A stretch of DNA of 54,185 nt from Vicinamibacteraceae bacterium (GCA_023384595.1 JAHDVQ010000010.1:1-54185), one strand, 5' to 3'. Positions 1 to 8,935 are shown, numbered from the stretch's first letter. Notes: generated from the sequence alone by a model not told the origin. Numbers and translations are program-made.

Positions 1-1192
1 TCGGAGCCCGGCACATCGTGAAGCCCGTCGGCTGCACGCCGGGGGTCGTGTCGGTCGCATATGGGCCGCTGCCCGTCATGTCGAGCGAGCAGACGTCGGG
101 ACAAAGGAGCAGACCGAAGGTGGAGAGCCAGCCGAACTCGAACTGGTCGACGTCGGCGAGCGTCCGGATGCCGAGGCCGTTCAGGTAGGGCCGCGAGAGC
201 GGACGACGCTCGGCCGTGAACGCACCGTAGACAGTGCTGCGCGTGCCGAAGAGCTGGCGGGTGATCTCGTTCGAGACCGCTTCGGCGAACGCCTCGTGCC
301 ACGCCACCCAGCGGGCGACACGGCCAGTGTGTGTCGAGCCGTGAACCAGCAGGTACGTCGCGAGCTTCTCCTCGCCGCTTGTGTGCTGGTAGGCCCACAG
401 GTGGACGAGTTCGTGGAGGATCGTGTCGACGTTGAAGTGGTCGATCTGGCTGTTGCGCACGAGGTAGACGATGTCGTTGTGCGGGTTGCAGTAGCTCGAT
501 TCGATGCCGTCTCCGATGACCGGGTTCTCGTGCGGGTAGAGGAACGCGACGGAACGATCGCCGCGGAAGCCGAAGTCGCCGAGCCCCTCGATGAGGTTCA
601 TGCCCCGGCTCGCGACGAGCCAGATCTCCGCGTGGCGGCGCTCGGTGAACCCGCCGAGCTCCTGGCTGCCGCCCGCGCGGAAGTTGATGTTGCCGAAGTC
701 GACGACCGGCCCCGAGCGCTTGTCGCCGTCGGAGTCCTGCCGTGCCGTGATCCACTTCACGTCGTACAGGACGCGCGTCGACTGCTCGAGCAGCTGCTCG
801 AGCGCTTCCTGTGCCGCGGCCGTCGCGAGGCTCGTGAGCACACCGCCAGGGACGAGGAGCGAGGCGACGTCGACGAACTTCTTGAGCAGGCTGTCGTTTG
901 GCGGATAGATGCGCAGCCGGTCGCTCTTGAACTGCACGCGCACGCGGAACAGCCGTTTGGTCTCGTTCTTGGTGTGGCGCACCTCGAAGTTGCCGTCGGC
1001 GTCGGTCGTCGTCTCGCCCCACTCGTCCCATGTGGGATCGGCGCCGAACTGCTTGGCCGAGACCTGCACCTTCACGCCGGCGAGCGGCGCGGCGTTGCCG
1101 AACGACGTGGAGACGGTCGCGAGCGGCGCGACGTCGGCGAGCTGGGGGACGACGTTGATCCGACCACGAAGCGTCCAGACGACCTGAGCCAT
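1..1192 (-). CDS. putative zinc metallopeptidase-like protein (HExxH), 3' end cut by window edge
   Basis: My own minus-strand translation; it is absent from the ORF track because it runs off the window. ATG at 1192-1190, MAQVVWTLRGRINVV.... N-terminal beta-sandwich-like segment (GVKVQVSA...TDADGNFEV), then HELVH followed by WHEAFAE. No signal peptide. The 296..1285 + ORF is its antisense shadow. Confidence 0.6.
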   Translation of the reverse strand, partial: MAQVVWTLRGRINVVPQLADVAPLATVSTSFGNAAPLAGVKVQVSAKQFGADPTWDEWGETTTDADGNFEVRHTKNETKRLFRVRVQFKSDRLRIYPPNDSLLKKFVDVASLLVPGGVLTSLATAAAQEALEQLLEQSTRVLYDVKWITARQDSDGDKRSGPVVDFGNINFRAGGSQELGGFTERRHAEIWLVASRGMNLIEGLGDFGFRGDRSVAFLYPHENPVIGDGIESSYCNPHNDIVYLVRNSQIDHFNVDTILHELVHLWAYQHTSGEEKLATYLLVHGSTHTGRVARWVAWHEAFAEAVSNEITRQLFGTRSTVYGAFTAERRPLSRPYLNGLGIRTLADVDQFEFGWLSTFGLLLCPDVCSLDMTGSGPYATDTTPGVQPTGFTMCRAP

Positions 1193-1421
1193 GACCTGCC
1201 TCCTGCGCTGGCGGCACCGAAGCCCCCGGCGGTGCTCGAGACGGATCGGGCATCGATCCGGGTCCGGGCCGCCGCGTTCGTGTGAGACCGCACTCCCCCC
1301 AAGCGCCGTGCGCGCTCGAGGGTGGACACAGCTCAGCGGGCGCTGCCGTACGGCCGAGCTGTGTCCAGGCACGTCGGGTTTCGGCGCTGGAACGGTCGAC
1401 ACCCGAAAGGAGCTGGACCCG

Positions 1422-2249
1422 ATGCGTCTGCGTCACAGGAATCTCTCGGCCCGGACGGCAATCCTCCCCGTCACCGCGTTCGTGCTGATGACCGCCGCGC
1501 CGGCCGACGCGACCATTCTCACCTTCGACCAGACCCGCGCCGTCTCTGGCGGCCCGGTCGTGCCGACCTTCGGTGGCGCCAGCGTGCCCGACGGGTACGG
1601 CGACCGTGTCACGGGCGCTTCCGTCGACGTCCCCGGCGGTGTCTTCACCTACGGCGAGGCCGGCGAGGGCTTCACCCCGAACGTCGTGGCGGACTTCTTC
1701 TCTGGCTCGGCCTCTCCAGTCGGTCCGGGGGTGAGCCTGTGGGAAGACGGTTACGGCGATCTCCTCAACGTGCTCTTCGTGAACAACAACTCGGGCTTCC
1801 TCGGCGTGCGCCTGACGGCCGATGCCGGCTTCAGCGTGGGCCTGTACGGCTTCGACCTCGCGGGCTGGCCGAATGCCGACTACGTCATCGACGCCGTGCG
1901 CGTGTTCGGAGGAACCACGCTGCTCTTCGAGCAGACCACCGTGCTCGTCGAGGGGAACTTCACCGGCCCGCGCCACACGGCGTTCGCGTTCGCGGCGCCG
2001 CTCGTCGCGAGCGAGCTGCTCATCGAGATCGCATTCGGCAACCTGCCGGGCAGCCAGCACGACAACATCGGCATCGACAACATCCGGTTCGGACAGAGCC
2101 CGCCGCCCGCGCCTCCGGACGATCCACCAGCCGCAGTGCCCGAACCCGGCACGCTCGCGCTCGTCGCCCTCGCGATCGTGGGTCGAGGGCTGTGCCGGCG
2201 GCGGATATCGAGCGCTCTGTCGCGTGCGCCAGTGCAACCGGAGCGCTGA
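1422..2249 (+). CDS. PEP-CTERM sorting-domain secreted protein
   Basis: Internal ATG at 1422, preceded by GAAAGGAG (1405-1412). Signal peptide MRLRHRNLSARTAILPVTAFVLMTAAPADA. C-terminus is VPEPGTLALVALAIVGRGLCRRR, i.e. PEP motif, TM helix and Arg cluster. Confidence 0.85.
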   Translation: MRLRHRNLSARTAILPVTAFVLMTAAPADATILTFDQTRAVSGGPVVPTFGGASVPDGYGDRVTGASVDVPGGVFTYGEAGEGFTPNVVADFFSGSASPVGPGVSLWEDGYGDLLNVLFVNNNSGFLGVRLTADAGFSVGLYGFDLAGWPNADYVIDAVRVFGGTTLLFEQTTVLVEGNFTGPRHTAFAFAAPLVASELLIEIAFGNLPGSQHDNIGIDNIRFGQSPPPAPPDDPPAAVPEPGTLALVALAIVGRGLCRRRISSALSRAPVQPER

Positions 2250-2547
2250 CCCCAGTTTCTCAGGAACAGGAGTCCACCTTGGCGACCAAGACCTCGTGCG
2301 TCGAACGTGAACCCCTGTCGAAGCTGCAGGAGACCGGCACGGCGTCCGTCCTCAGCGACAGCCTGCCGCAGTCGAGCGTCTACGACGTCGTGAGCTTCAT
2401 CGAGCTCGACATCGCCGAGTCGGCTTCGTCGGGCCAGGTCACGTCGACGCCTACAATCACTGGAATGACCGCTGGCGCGACACGAGCCGGCCGCCCAACC
2501 GGCCCGACACGATCCAGTGCTTCGACCACGCCAGGTACCAGCTGCTC

Positions 2548-2925
2548 GTGGCCGGTCACGACACGACCGATCACAGGCCGGACTCGACGACCTACCAGGT
2601 GTACACCACGGCGGGCGGCGTCGACCTGAACGAGACGGCCGAGGGCGTGCGGCACCTCAAGCGGACGCTCGCCCGGGGTGTGCCCGTGCTCGTGGGCATT
2701 CTCCTCGCGAGCGACGACGCCCCGCCTGAGCTGCGCAACAGGGACAAGACCACGAACCACTACGTGGTGATCGTCGGGGATGGGCAGGGATGCCGCGGGG
2801 CCATTCTTCCTGTTCCTCGACCGTCTGCTCGACTCGGTGCCGAGGGGTTCTACTTCAGGCCGAGCCTGAAGCTGGAGCACGACGGGGAAAAGCGCCTCGT
2901 GACGCAGGTCCGCGAGATACGCTGA
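2548..2925 (+). CDS. hypothetical protein, possible papain-fold (Cys...His) enzyme; may be the 3' part of a frameshifted gene starting at 2279
   Basis: Protein-like translation (..IQCFDHARYQLL...RGVPVLVGILLASDD...TNHYVVIVG..). The opposing 2380..3042 ORF is Arg/Pro-rich shadow. See the finding on the 2279 TTG start. Confidence 0.5.
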   Translation: MAGHDTTDHRPDSTTYQVYTTAGGVDLNETAEGVRHLKRTLARGVPVLVGILLASDDAPPELRNRDKTTNHYVVIVGDGQGCRGAILPVPRPSARLGAEGFYFRPSLKLEHDGEKRLVTQVREIR

Positions 2926-3007
2926 GGCTGGTGGCGCGTGCCGCGGTCGAGCGCGCCGGCCGAAGTCGCGCTCCGACCGCAACGCCAGGCGCGCGAGGCG
3001 CGGTGCT

Positions 3008-3628
3008 ATGATGCCAGGCGGGTATCCGCCTCGCATCTTCATGACCGATCCGCCTCCCGGCGCCGTGACCCTGTGGCTGCAGCGCTGGCGCGACGGCGAG
3101 CGCGACGCGCTCGAGCACGTCGTGCCGCTCGTCTACGACGAGCTGCGCCAGGCGGCGCGCCGGCAGATCAGCCGCGAGTCGCCGGGCCACACGCTCTCGG
3201 CCACCGCGCTCGTGCACGAGGTCTACCTGCGGCTCCTGCAGCGGCGGCAGATCGTCGGCGACGACCGTCACGCCTTTCTCGCCGTCGCGACGCAGACGAT
3301 GCGCCGCATCCTCGTCGAGCACGCACGCCGGCGCAAGCGCCTCAAGCGCGGCGGCGACCAGATGGTGGCGCCGCTCGCGGACGGCGATGACGTGGCGCTC
3401 GTGCCAGAGGGCGAGGTCGACGAGCTGCTCGCGCTCGACACCGCGCTGACCGAGCTCGCGCGCCTCGACGACCGCGCCGCGCGTGTCGTCGAGCTCCGCA
3501 TCTTCGCAGGTCTGACGCTCGAAGAGACCGCCACCGCGCTCGACCTGTCGACGAAGACCGTGCAGCGGTCGTGGACGACCGCGCTGGCGTGGCTGCGGAA
3601 GGAGGTCGCGGGCGGCATCGCGCGATGA
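3008..3628 (+). CDS. ECF-type RNA polymerase sigma factor (sigma-70 family, kinase-associated type)
   Basis: Region 2 (LVHEVYLRL) and region 4 HTH (VVELRIFAGLTLEETATALDLSTKTVQRSW). N-terminal TLWLQRWRDGERDAL is typical of the ECF clade paired with Ser/Thr kinases. Alternative start at ATG 3041. Confidence 0.9.
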   Translation: MMPGGYPPRIFMTDPPPGAVTLWLQRWRDGERDALEHVVPLVYDELRQAARRQISRESPGHTLSATALVHEVYLRLLQRRQIVGDDRHAFLAVATQTMRRILVEHARRRKRLKRGGDQMVAPLADGDDVALVPEGEVDELLALDTALTELARLDDRAARVVELRIFAGLTLEETATALDLSTKTVQRSWTTALAWLRKEVAGGIAR

Positions 3629-3692
3629 GGGGCGGGCGGCCCCGCGCCGAGCGGGTGGGTCGCGCAGGCGCGCCGCAGACTCTGGAGGGGAC

Positions 3693-6506
3693 GTGGGCAC
3701 CGACACCGGGCGCTGGCAACGGCTCGAGCAGCTGTTCCACGAGGGGCTGGCCGTGCAGGAGCGCGAGCGGGGCGCGTGGCTCGCCGTGGCGTGCGGCGGC
3801 GACGACGCGCTGCGGGCGGAGGTCGAGGCCATGCTCGCCGCGCAGCGTGAAGACCGCCCGCTCGGCCTCGAGCGCTGGGTCAACGACGAGCCCCTGGAGC
3901 ACGCCGAAGCCGACGGGTTCCCGGGCCGCCGCCTCGGCCCCTGGCAGGTCCGCGACCTGATCGGCCGAGGCGGCATGGGCCGCGTCTACCTCGCCGAGCG
4001 CGCCGACGGCCAGTTCGAGCAGCGCGTGGCGCTGAAGGTCGCCGACGCCGCGGCGCTGTCGCGCGACGGGGCGGCGGCCTTCGACGCCGAGCGCCGCATC
4101 CTCGCGCGGCTCTCGCACCCCAACGTCGCCCGCCTGCTCGACGCCGGCTTCACGCCGGAGGGCACGGCCTACCTCGTGATGGAGTACGTCGATGGCGCGC
4201 CGATTGTCGAGTACTGCGACGAGCGGCGGCTCACGATCGACGAGCGACTGCGGCTGTTCCGCGTCGTCTGCAACGCCGTGCAGCACGCGCACGGCTCGCT
4301 CGTCGTCCATCGCGACCTCAAGCCGTCGAACATCTTCGTCACGCGCGCCGGCGAGGTGAAGCTGCTCGATTTCGGCATTGCGAAGCTGCTCGAGCCCGAC
4401 TCGCCGGCCCGCGAGATCACCGCGCCGGGGCGGCGGCCGCTCACGCCCGACTACGCGGCGCCCGAGCAGGTGCTCGGCGGGACGGTGACGACGGCGACCG
4501 ACGTCTACGGGCTCGGCGTCGTGTTGTACGAGCTCATCGCCGGACGGCGGCCCTTCGACGGCGACGTCGCGCCCGACCCGCACGCGCTCCCGGCCTGGGT
4601 GACCACCGAGCCGTCGGCGCCGAGCGTGGTCGTGGCCGCCCGGGGGCCGCGCGAGACGCCTCGCGAGCGCGCTGCGGATCTCGCGGCCCAGATGAGAGCG
4701 ACGACAGCCGCGAAACTCTCGCGCCGGCTGGCGGGCGACGTCGATCGAGTGGTACTCAAGGCCCTGCAGCGCGAGCCCGCCGCGCGCTACGCGTCGGCGG
4801 GGCAGCTTGCCGAGGAGGTGGACCGGCTGCTCGACGGGCGGCCGGTGATCGCTCAGCCCGACACGGTCGGCTACCGCGCGCGACGCTTCGTCTCGCGGCA
4901 TCGGCTGGCTGTCGCGCTCGGCACGGCGGCGCTCGGCGTGATCGTGGCCTTCGCCGTGGTCGCGAGCCTGCAGGCGCGCGCGCTCGCCATCGAGCGCGAT
5001 CGCGTGCGGCTCGAGGCCGAGCGCGCCCAGCGCGTCGTGGCGCTCGTGGGCGACCTCTTCGCGCTGGCCGAGCCCGCGCCGGGGCAGGGCGAGACGATCA
5101 CCGCCGGCGAGCTGCTCGATCGCGGGACCGAGCGTATCGACGCGGGTCTTGCCGACGACCCCGCGTCGCAGGAAGCCCTCTACGGAGTCGTGGGACGCAT
5201 CTATGCCAGCCTCGGACTGCACGCTCGAGCAGGGGACGTCTTCGATCGGGTCGTCGACCTGCAGCGACGCGCCGGCCGCGGCGAAACAGGCGACGCGGCC
5301 GACGCCATGCACGCGCTCGCCGGGCAGCGTCTGCTGCAGAACGAGTACGCGGCGGCCGAGCGCTGGTATCGCGAGGCGCTCGCGCTGCGCGACGCGCTCG
5401 GCGCGCCGGCCTCCGAGCGCGCGGCGACGCTCGAGGGGCTCGGCCGGCTGCTGAGCGTGACCGGGCGGCACGAGGCCGCCATCGCGCCGCTGCGCGAGGC
5501 CGTCGTCCTGCGGCGCGAGGAGCGCACACCGCCGGAGGGCGTCATGTCGGCGCTGCACGAGCTGGGGCTGGCCCTGCACCGCACGGGCGCCATGGCCGAG
5601 GCCGACGAGCTGTTCCGGGAGGCGGTCGAGATCGGCCGCACGCTGCCGCCCGACGCGCCGGCGCTGGTGGAGGCGTCGCTGCACCTCGCGCGGTTCGTGC
5701 ATCACTTCGGACGAGACCCCGCGGGCGCCGAGCCGATCTACCGCGAGACCGTGGCGAGCGCGCGACGCGCCTACGCCAGCGACCACCAGAGCCTGGCCAC
5801 CGCGCTCGGCGAGGCCGCGCGCAACCTGCGCGACCTCGGACGCGTCGACGAGGCCGAGCCGCTGATGCGCGAGGCGCTCGGCATGCTCGAACGCCTCTAC
5901 GGCGAGCGCCACCGCGAAGTCGTCATCGCCAAGCAGGGCCTCGGCAGCATCGTCGCAGCCCGTGGAGACCACGAGGAGGCCGAGGGGCTGTATCGCCGTG
6001 CCCTCGTGGGGGCGCGAGAGGTGCTCGGCGCTGCGCACCCGCTGACGCTCGGTGCGCAGCGCGCGCTCGCTGCGCATCTCGAGCACCGGGGGCGGTTCGA
6101 CGAAGCCGGCCGCCTCCGACAGGCGGAGCTCGCCGCCGTTCTCGCGGCGCAGGGCGAGCGCGACGTCTATGCCGCCATCGCCCTCGCCGGGCTCGGCCAC
6201 CACCACCTCCGTGCCGGACGGCCCGACCGGGCCGAGGAGTACTTCCGGCGCGCACTCGCCGTGCGCGAGCAGGTGCACCCGCCGGATCACTGGCGGGTGG
6301 ACGAAGCGCGGGCTGCCCTCGGCGCCTGCCTCGTGCGGCAGCGCCGGTTCGGCGAGGCCGAGTCGCTGCTCGTGCAGGCGTATGAGCGCCTGTCGGCGTC
6401 GCGGGGAGCCGCAGCCGCCGAAGCGCGAGAGGCCCTCGACGGTGTGGTCGCGCTCTACGAAGCGTGGGGCCGGCCCGACACGGCTGCCACCTACCGCGCG
6501 CGGTGA
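3693..6506 (+). CDS. Ser/Thr protein kinase with one TM helix and C-terminal TPR repeats
   Basis: Hanks kinase motifs GRGGMGRVY, VALK, HRDLKPSNIF, DFGIAKL and APE. TM segment LAVALGTAALGVIVAFAVVASL. About 500 aa of 42-aa TPR-like repeats. GTG start 65 nt after the sigma gene. Confidence 0.92.
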   Translation: MGTDTGRWQRLEQLFHEGLAVQERERGAWLAVACGGDDALRAEVEAMLAAQREDRPLGLERWVNDEPLEHAEADGFPGRRLGPWQVRDLIGRGGMGRVYLAERADGQFEQRVALKVADAAALSRDGAAAFDAERRILARLSHPNVARLLDAGFTPEGTAYLVMEYVDGAPIVEYCDERRLTIDERLRLFRVVCNAVQHAHGSLVVHRDLKPSNIFVTRAGEVKLLDFGIAKLLEPDSPAREITAPGRRPLTPDYAAPEQVLGGTVTTATDVYGLGVVLYELIAGRRPFDGDVAPDPHALPAWVTTEPSAPSVVVAARGPRETPRERAADLAAQMRATTAAKLSRRLAGDVDRVVLKALQREPAARYASAGQLAEEVDRLLDGRPVIAQPDTVGYRARRFVSRHRLAVALGTAALGVIVAFAVVASLQARALAIERDRVRLEAERAQRVVALVGDLFALAEPAPGQGETITAGELLDRGTERIDAGLADDPASQEALYGVVGRIYASLGLHARAGDVFDRVVDLQRRAGRGETGDAADAMHALAGQRLLQNEYAAAERWYREALALRDALGAPASERAATLEGLGRLLSVTGRHEAAIAPLREAVVLRREERTPPEGVMSALHELGLALHRTGAMAEADELFREAVEIGRTLPPDAPALVEASLHLARFVHHFGRDPAGAEPIYRETVASARRAYASDHQSLATALGEAARNLRDLGRVDEAEPLMREALGMLERLYGERHREVVIAKQGLGSIVAARGDHEEAEGLYRRALVGAREVLGAAHPLTLGAQRALAAHLEHRGRFDEAGRLRQAELAAVLAAQGERDVYAAIALAGLGHHHLRAGRPDRAEEYFRRALAVREQVHPPDHWRVDEARAALGACLVRQRRFGEAESLLVQAYERLSASRGAAAAEAREALDGVVALYEAWGRPDTAATYRAR

Positions 6507-6548
6507 CGGCCAGGCTCATCTGACGTGACACCCTTGCGGAGAGATCCG

Positions 6549-6926
6549 ATGCCCGACGCGCGCCGTCTCGCAATCCTGCTGCTGATGACAGCGAGCCTCG
6601 CGGCTGCACGACCTTCCGCGGGGTTCGCCTCATACCCCGGCGCGCGACGGCTCTGCGCCGAGCACGTGAGCGGCACGCCGATACACCTCACGTGGCGCTC
6701 GTATGCCACGCGCGACAGTCTCGACACCGTGGTCGCGCACTACGAAAGAGCGACGGGACGGAAGGCGACAACGCTGGCGAGCGGCGAGCGCCGGCTCGAG
6801 TGGAACGCCAATCACAAGCTGGGGATCTACCCCGCGGCGGACAACGACCGGTTTCCCCACTGTGAGACCAAGCCGACCCGCGACGAGCGGACCGTCATCC
6901 TGATCTCGACCGCGGTGGGGCGGTAG
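6549..6926 (+). CDS. hypothetical secreted protein
   Basis: ATG at 6549 preceded by GGAGAG. Signal peptide MPDARRLAILLLMTASLAAA. The rest is protein-like with no recognisable family. Confidence 0.55.
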   Translation: MPDARRLAILLLMTASLAAARPSAGFASYPGARRLCAEHVSGTPIHLTWRSYATRDSLDTVVAHYERATGRKATTLASGERRLEWNANHKLGIYPAADNDRFPHCETKPTRDERTVILISTAVGR

Positions 6927-7184
6927 CTGGCCCGGATGCTGTGGGCGGGCGCCGTGATGCCGGCCCGTGAGGAGCCGAAGGGGTGCGCAGCCACTCGCCA
7001 GAGGTCAGCAGGCCTGCAGGCCTCGCGCGGTCCTCAAGCGCTCCCGGCCACGGCAAGGCCGATCACGGCAGCCCGCTCTCGGGCTTGCTCGCGACGAGCA
7101 CGGGGATCGCGTCGAAGCGAATGCACGACCCGCATCAGTGCCGGGTGGGCGGTCTTCGTCGGTGGCGCCGGTCCTGCCGCCCTG

Positions 7185-7634
7185 TTACGTGGCGGTGATC
7201 ACCGCCAGGTGCTGCCGCGTCGCCCCCTTCACCGCGCGCAGCGGAATGCTGCCGTCGAAGGTGGCCAGCGTGCCGTCCATGCGCGTCGCGAGGCCGAGCA
7301 GGTACACGTCGGTGAGCTGACGGTGCGAGACGACGACCGACGCGTCGAAGAGCGATGCGTCACGGAGCGACACGGCATCGGGCCAGAAGTCGTGGTGCGG
7401 GCTCGAGCAGAACGTCCGCAGGCTGGCGACGAGCGTGGTGCGGTCGGCCTCGACGCCCGCCCCGGGGTGGCTGAGGATTCGGAGGAAGCCGTTCTCGGTG
7501 AGCGGGCACGTGGCCCACCCCCGCATGTGGTGATCGGCAAACCAGTCGTGCGCGATCTCGTGATGGACGTGCGAGTCGGCGAAGAGGGCGATGAGGACGT
7601 TCACGTCCAGCAGCAGCCGGCCGCGCCTACTCAT
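7185..7634 (-). CDS. vapC: PIN-domain ribonuclease toxin VapC
   Basis: MSRRGRLLLDVNVLIALF... is a PIN N-terminal Asp motif. The ATG overlaps the antitoxin stop by 8 nt (ATGAGTAG). The longer 7868 start is out-of-frame shadow of vapB. Confidence 0.88.
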   Translation of the reverse strand: MSRRGRLLLDVNVLIALFADSHVHHEIAHDWFADHHMRGWATCPLTENGFLRILSHPGAGVEADRTTLVASLRTFCSSPHHDFWPDAVSLRDASLFDASVVVSHRQLTDVYLLGLATRMDGTLATFDGSIPLRAVKGATRQHLAVITAT

Positions 7635-7854
7635 CGTCGCGGAGCCGGTTGACCAGTTCCAGGGTGAGCACGGGCGCCCCCGCGCGCCGGGCGAGCAGCG
7701 GGACGCCATTGCGCACCCGCTGCCTCGACGGCCTGCGTTGGAGCGCTTGGCGCAGCAACTCCGACACGACCTGCCCGGTCGTCGTGCCGCGGACCCGGGC
7801 GATCTCCTTCGCCGCCTGCAGCACGTCCAGCTCGAGATCCAGCGTCGTGCGCAT
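7627..7854 (-). CDS. vapB: VapB-family antitoxin
   Basis: MRTTLDLELDVLQAAKEIARVRGTTTGQVVSELLRQAL is a typical VapB N-terminus. The gene is translationally coupled to vapC. Confidence 0.8.
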   Translation of the reverse strand: MRTTLDLELDVLQAAKEIARVRGTTTGQVVSELLRQALQRRPSRQRVRNGVPLLARRAGAPVLTLELVNRLRDDE

Positions 7855-7900
7855 GCGGGGATCATCACGCATCACGCATCAGATGTCAACGTGACGTGAC
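7855..7900 (-). promoter_or_regulatory. putative sigma-70 promoter and operator of vapBC (likely leaderless transcript)
   Basis: On the minus strand: TTGACA (7889-7884), a 17-nt spacer, GATGAT (7866-7861), then 6 nt before the ATG at 7854. Tandem heptamers GCGTGAT x2 (plus strand ATCACGC at 7864-7870 and 7871-7877) fill the spacer. ACGTGACGTGAC lies upstream. Confidence 0.35.
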
Positions 7901-7984
7901 AGGCAGGATGTTCTCAGTTCCAAGGCCTTCGGCGTCCGCCGCAAGTCTTCGACCTCTCCCGCCGGGTCCGAGCCCCAGGCAGGG

Positions 7985-8497
7985 CTATCTGCCGCCGGTC
8001 GCCACCTCGCACGCCACGCGACGGTAGGCAAGATCGAACCCGCGCGTGGCGCCGTCACGCCCCGGGCCCTCGACGCGCGCGTTGACCGTGTCGGCGCCGG
8101 TGCGCGTGTAGACGATGCGCTGCGGGAAGTCGTGCGCGAGATTCTCCACCGTGAAGCCGTGTTCGTGCACGGCCGTCGAGCGGAAGTCGGTCTCCTGCTG
8201 GTCCGAGGGGATGGCGGTGTAGACGAGCGTGTCGCCGTCGGCGCGCAGCCGCAGATGCTCGAAGCTGCGGGCCTCGCCCCCCGCCACGGTGCGGCTCGCA
8301 CCGACCATCAGCCCGCCCGCCGGCGGCAGCCACATCTCGACCGTGACGCGCCGGTCCGTAGCGCTCTCCCAGCACCCGCCGAGCCAGGCGAGCTTGTCGA
8401 GGGGAGACGAAGCGGGGGCCGCGGCGGCTGCACGGGCGACTCCGCCCACGCTCACCCCAAGGCCGAGCGCGACCAGTGCAAGGGCCAGTCTCTGCAT
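7985..8497 (-). CDS. secreted lipocalin-like protein (resembles DUF6265 family)
   Basis: Signal peptide MQRLALALVALGLGVSVGGVARA. Motifs LGGCWES...EMW...LMVG and ENLAHDFPQRIVY. Confidence 0.75.
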   Translation of the reverse strand: MQRLALALVALGLGVSVGGVARAAAAAPASSPLDKLAWLGGCWESATDRRVTVEMWLPPAGGLMVGASRTVAGGEARSFEHLRLRADGDTLVYTAIPSDQQETDFRSTAVHEHGFTVENLAHDFPQRIVYTRTGADTVNARVEGPGRDGATRGFDLAYRRVACEVATGGR

Positions 8498-8563
8498 CGG
8501 CGCAGTCTACGCGGTCTGGGGCATCGTCGCCTATACTCGAACCTGACGCACGGAGTCCAACTC

Positions 8564-8935
8564 ATGACCAGCCAGAGCGACGCCACCGTCCGGCCCGCGA
8601 GTGAGGTGCCGGCCCAGGAAGTCAAGGCGGGCACGGCCACGCGCATGCAACTGCTCGTCGGTCCGGCGCAAGGGGAGACCTCGTTCGCGCTCCGCCGATT
8701 CCGGATGGGCGAAGGCGGCGGCATGCCGTTCCATACCAATCGCATCGAGCACCAGCAGTACGTGCTGCGCGGGCGGGCGCGTGTGCGCGTCGGCGACGCG
8801 GTCCACGAAGTGGGCCCCGACTACACGCTGTTCATCCCGGCGGGCGTGCCGCACGCTTACGAGGTCGTCGAGGCACCGTTCGAGTTCCTCTGCGTGGTGC
8901 CAGACCGGCCCGACGAGATCACGCTCGTCGAATAA
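8564..8935 (+). CDS. cupin domain protein
   Basis: Internal ATG at 8564. Cupin motifs GGGMPFHTNRIEHQQYVLRGRARV and FIPAGVPHAY. Confidence 0.8.
   Translation: MTSQSDATVRPASEVPAQEVKAGTATRMQLLVGPAQGETSFALRRFRMGEGGGMPFHTNRIEHQQYVLRGRARVRVGDAVHEVGPDYTLFIPAGVPHAYEVVEAPFEFLCVVPDRPDEITLVE

Noticed and set aside
296-1285. 329-aa plus-strand ORF at the window start
   Set aside because: The composition is Arg/Ala/Val/Asp-rich and low-complexity with no motifs. It lies exactly antisense to a motif-bearing minus-strand gene (HELVH protein, ATG 1192). This is a classic high-GC shadow ORF.
3342-6290. 982-aa minus-strand ORF
   Set aside because: It is antisense to the Ser/Thr kinase-TPR gene, which has unambiguous Hanks motifs. 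Its translation is Arg/Gly/Ala-rich without motifs.
6927-7184. Possible small gene or gene remnant in the 258-nt spacer before vapC
   Set aside because: Only short stop-bounded frames were found, for example a 20-codon minus-strand tail ..IRFDAIPVLVASKPESGLP. There is no start/RBS and no motif. The only feature recorded is the 8-mer GCAGGCCT x2 (7008-7023).
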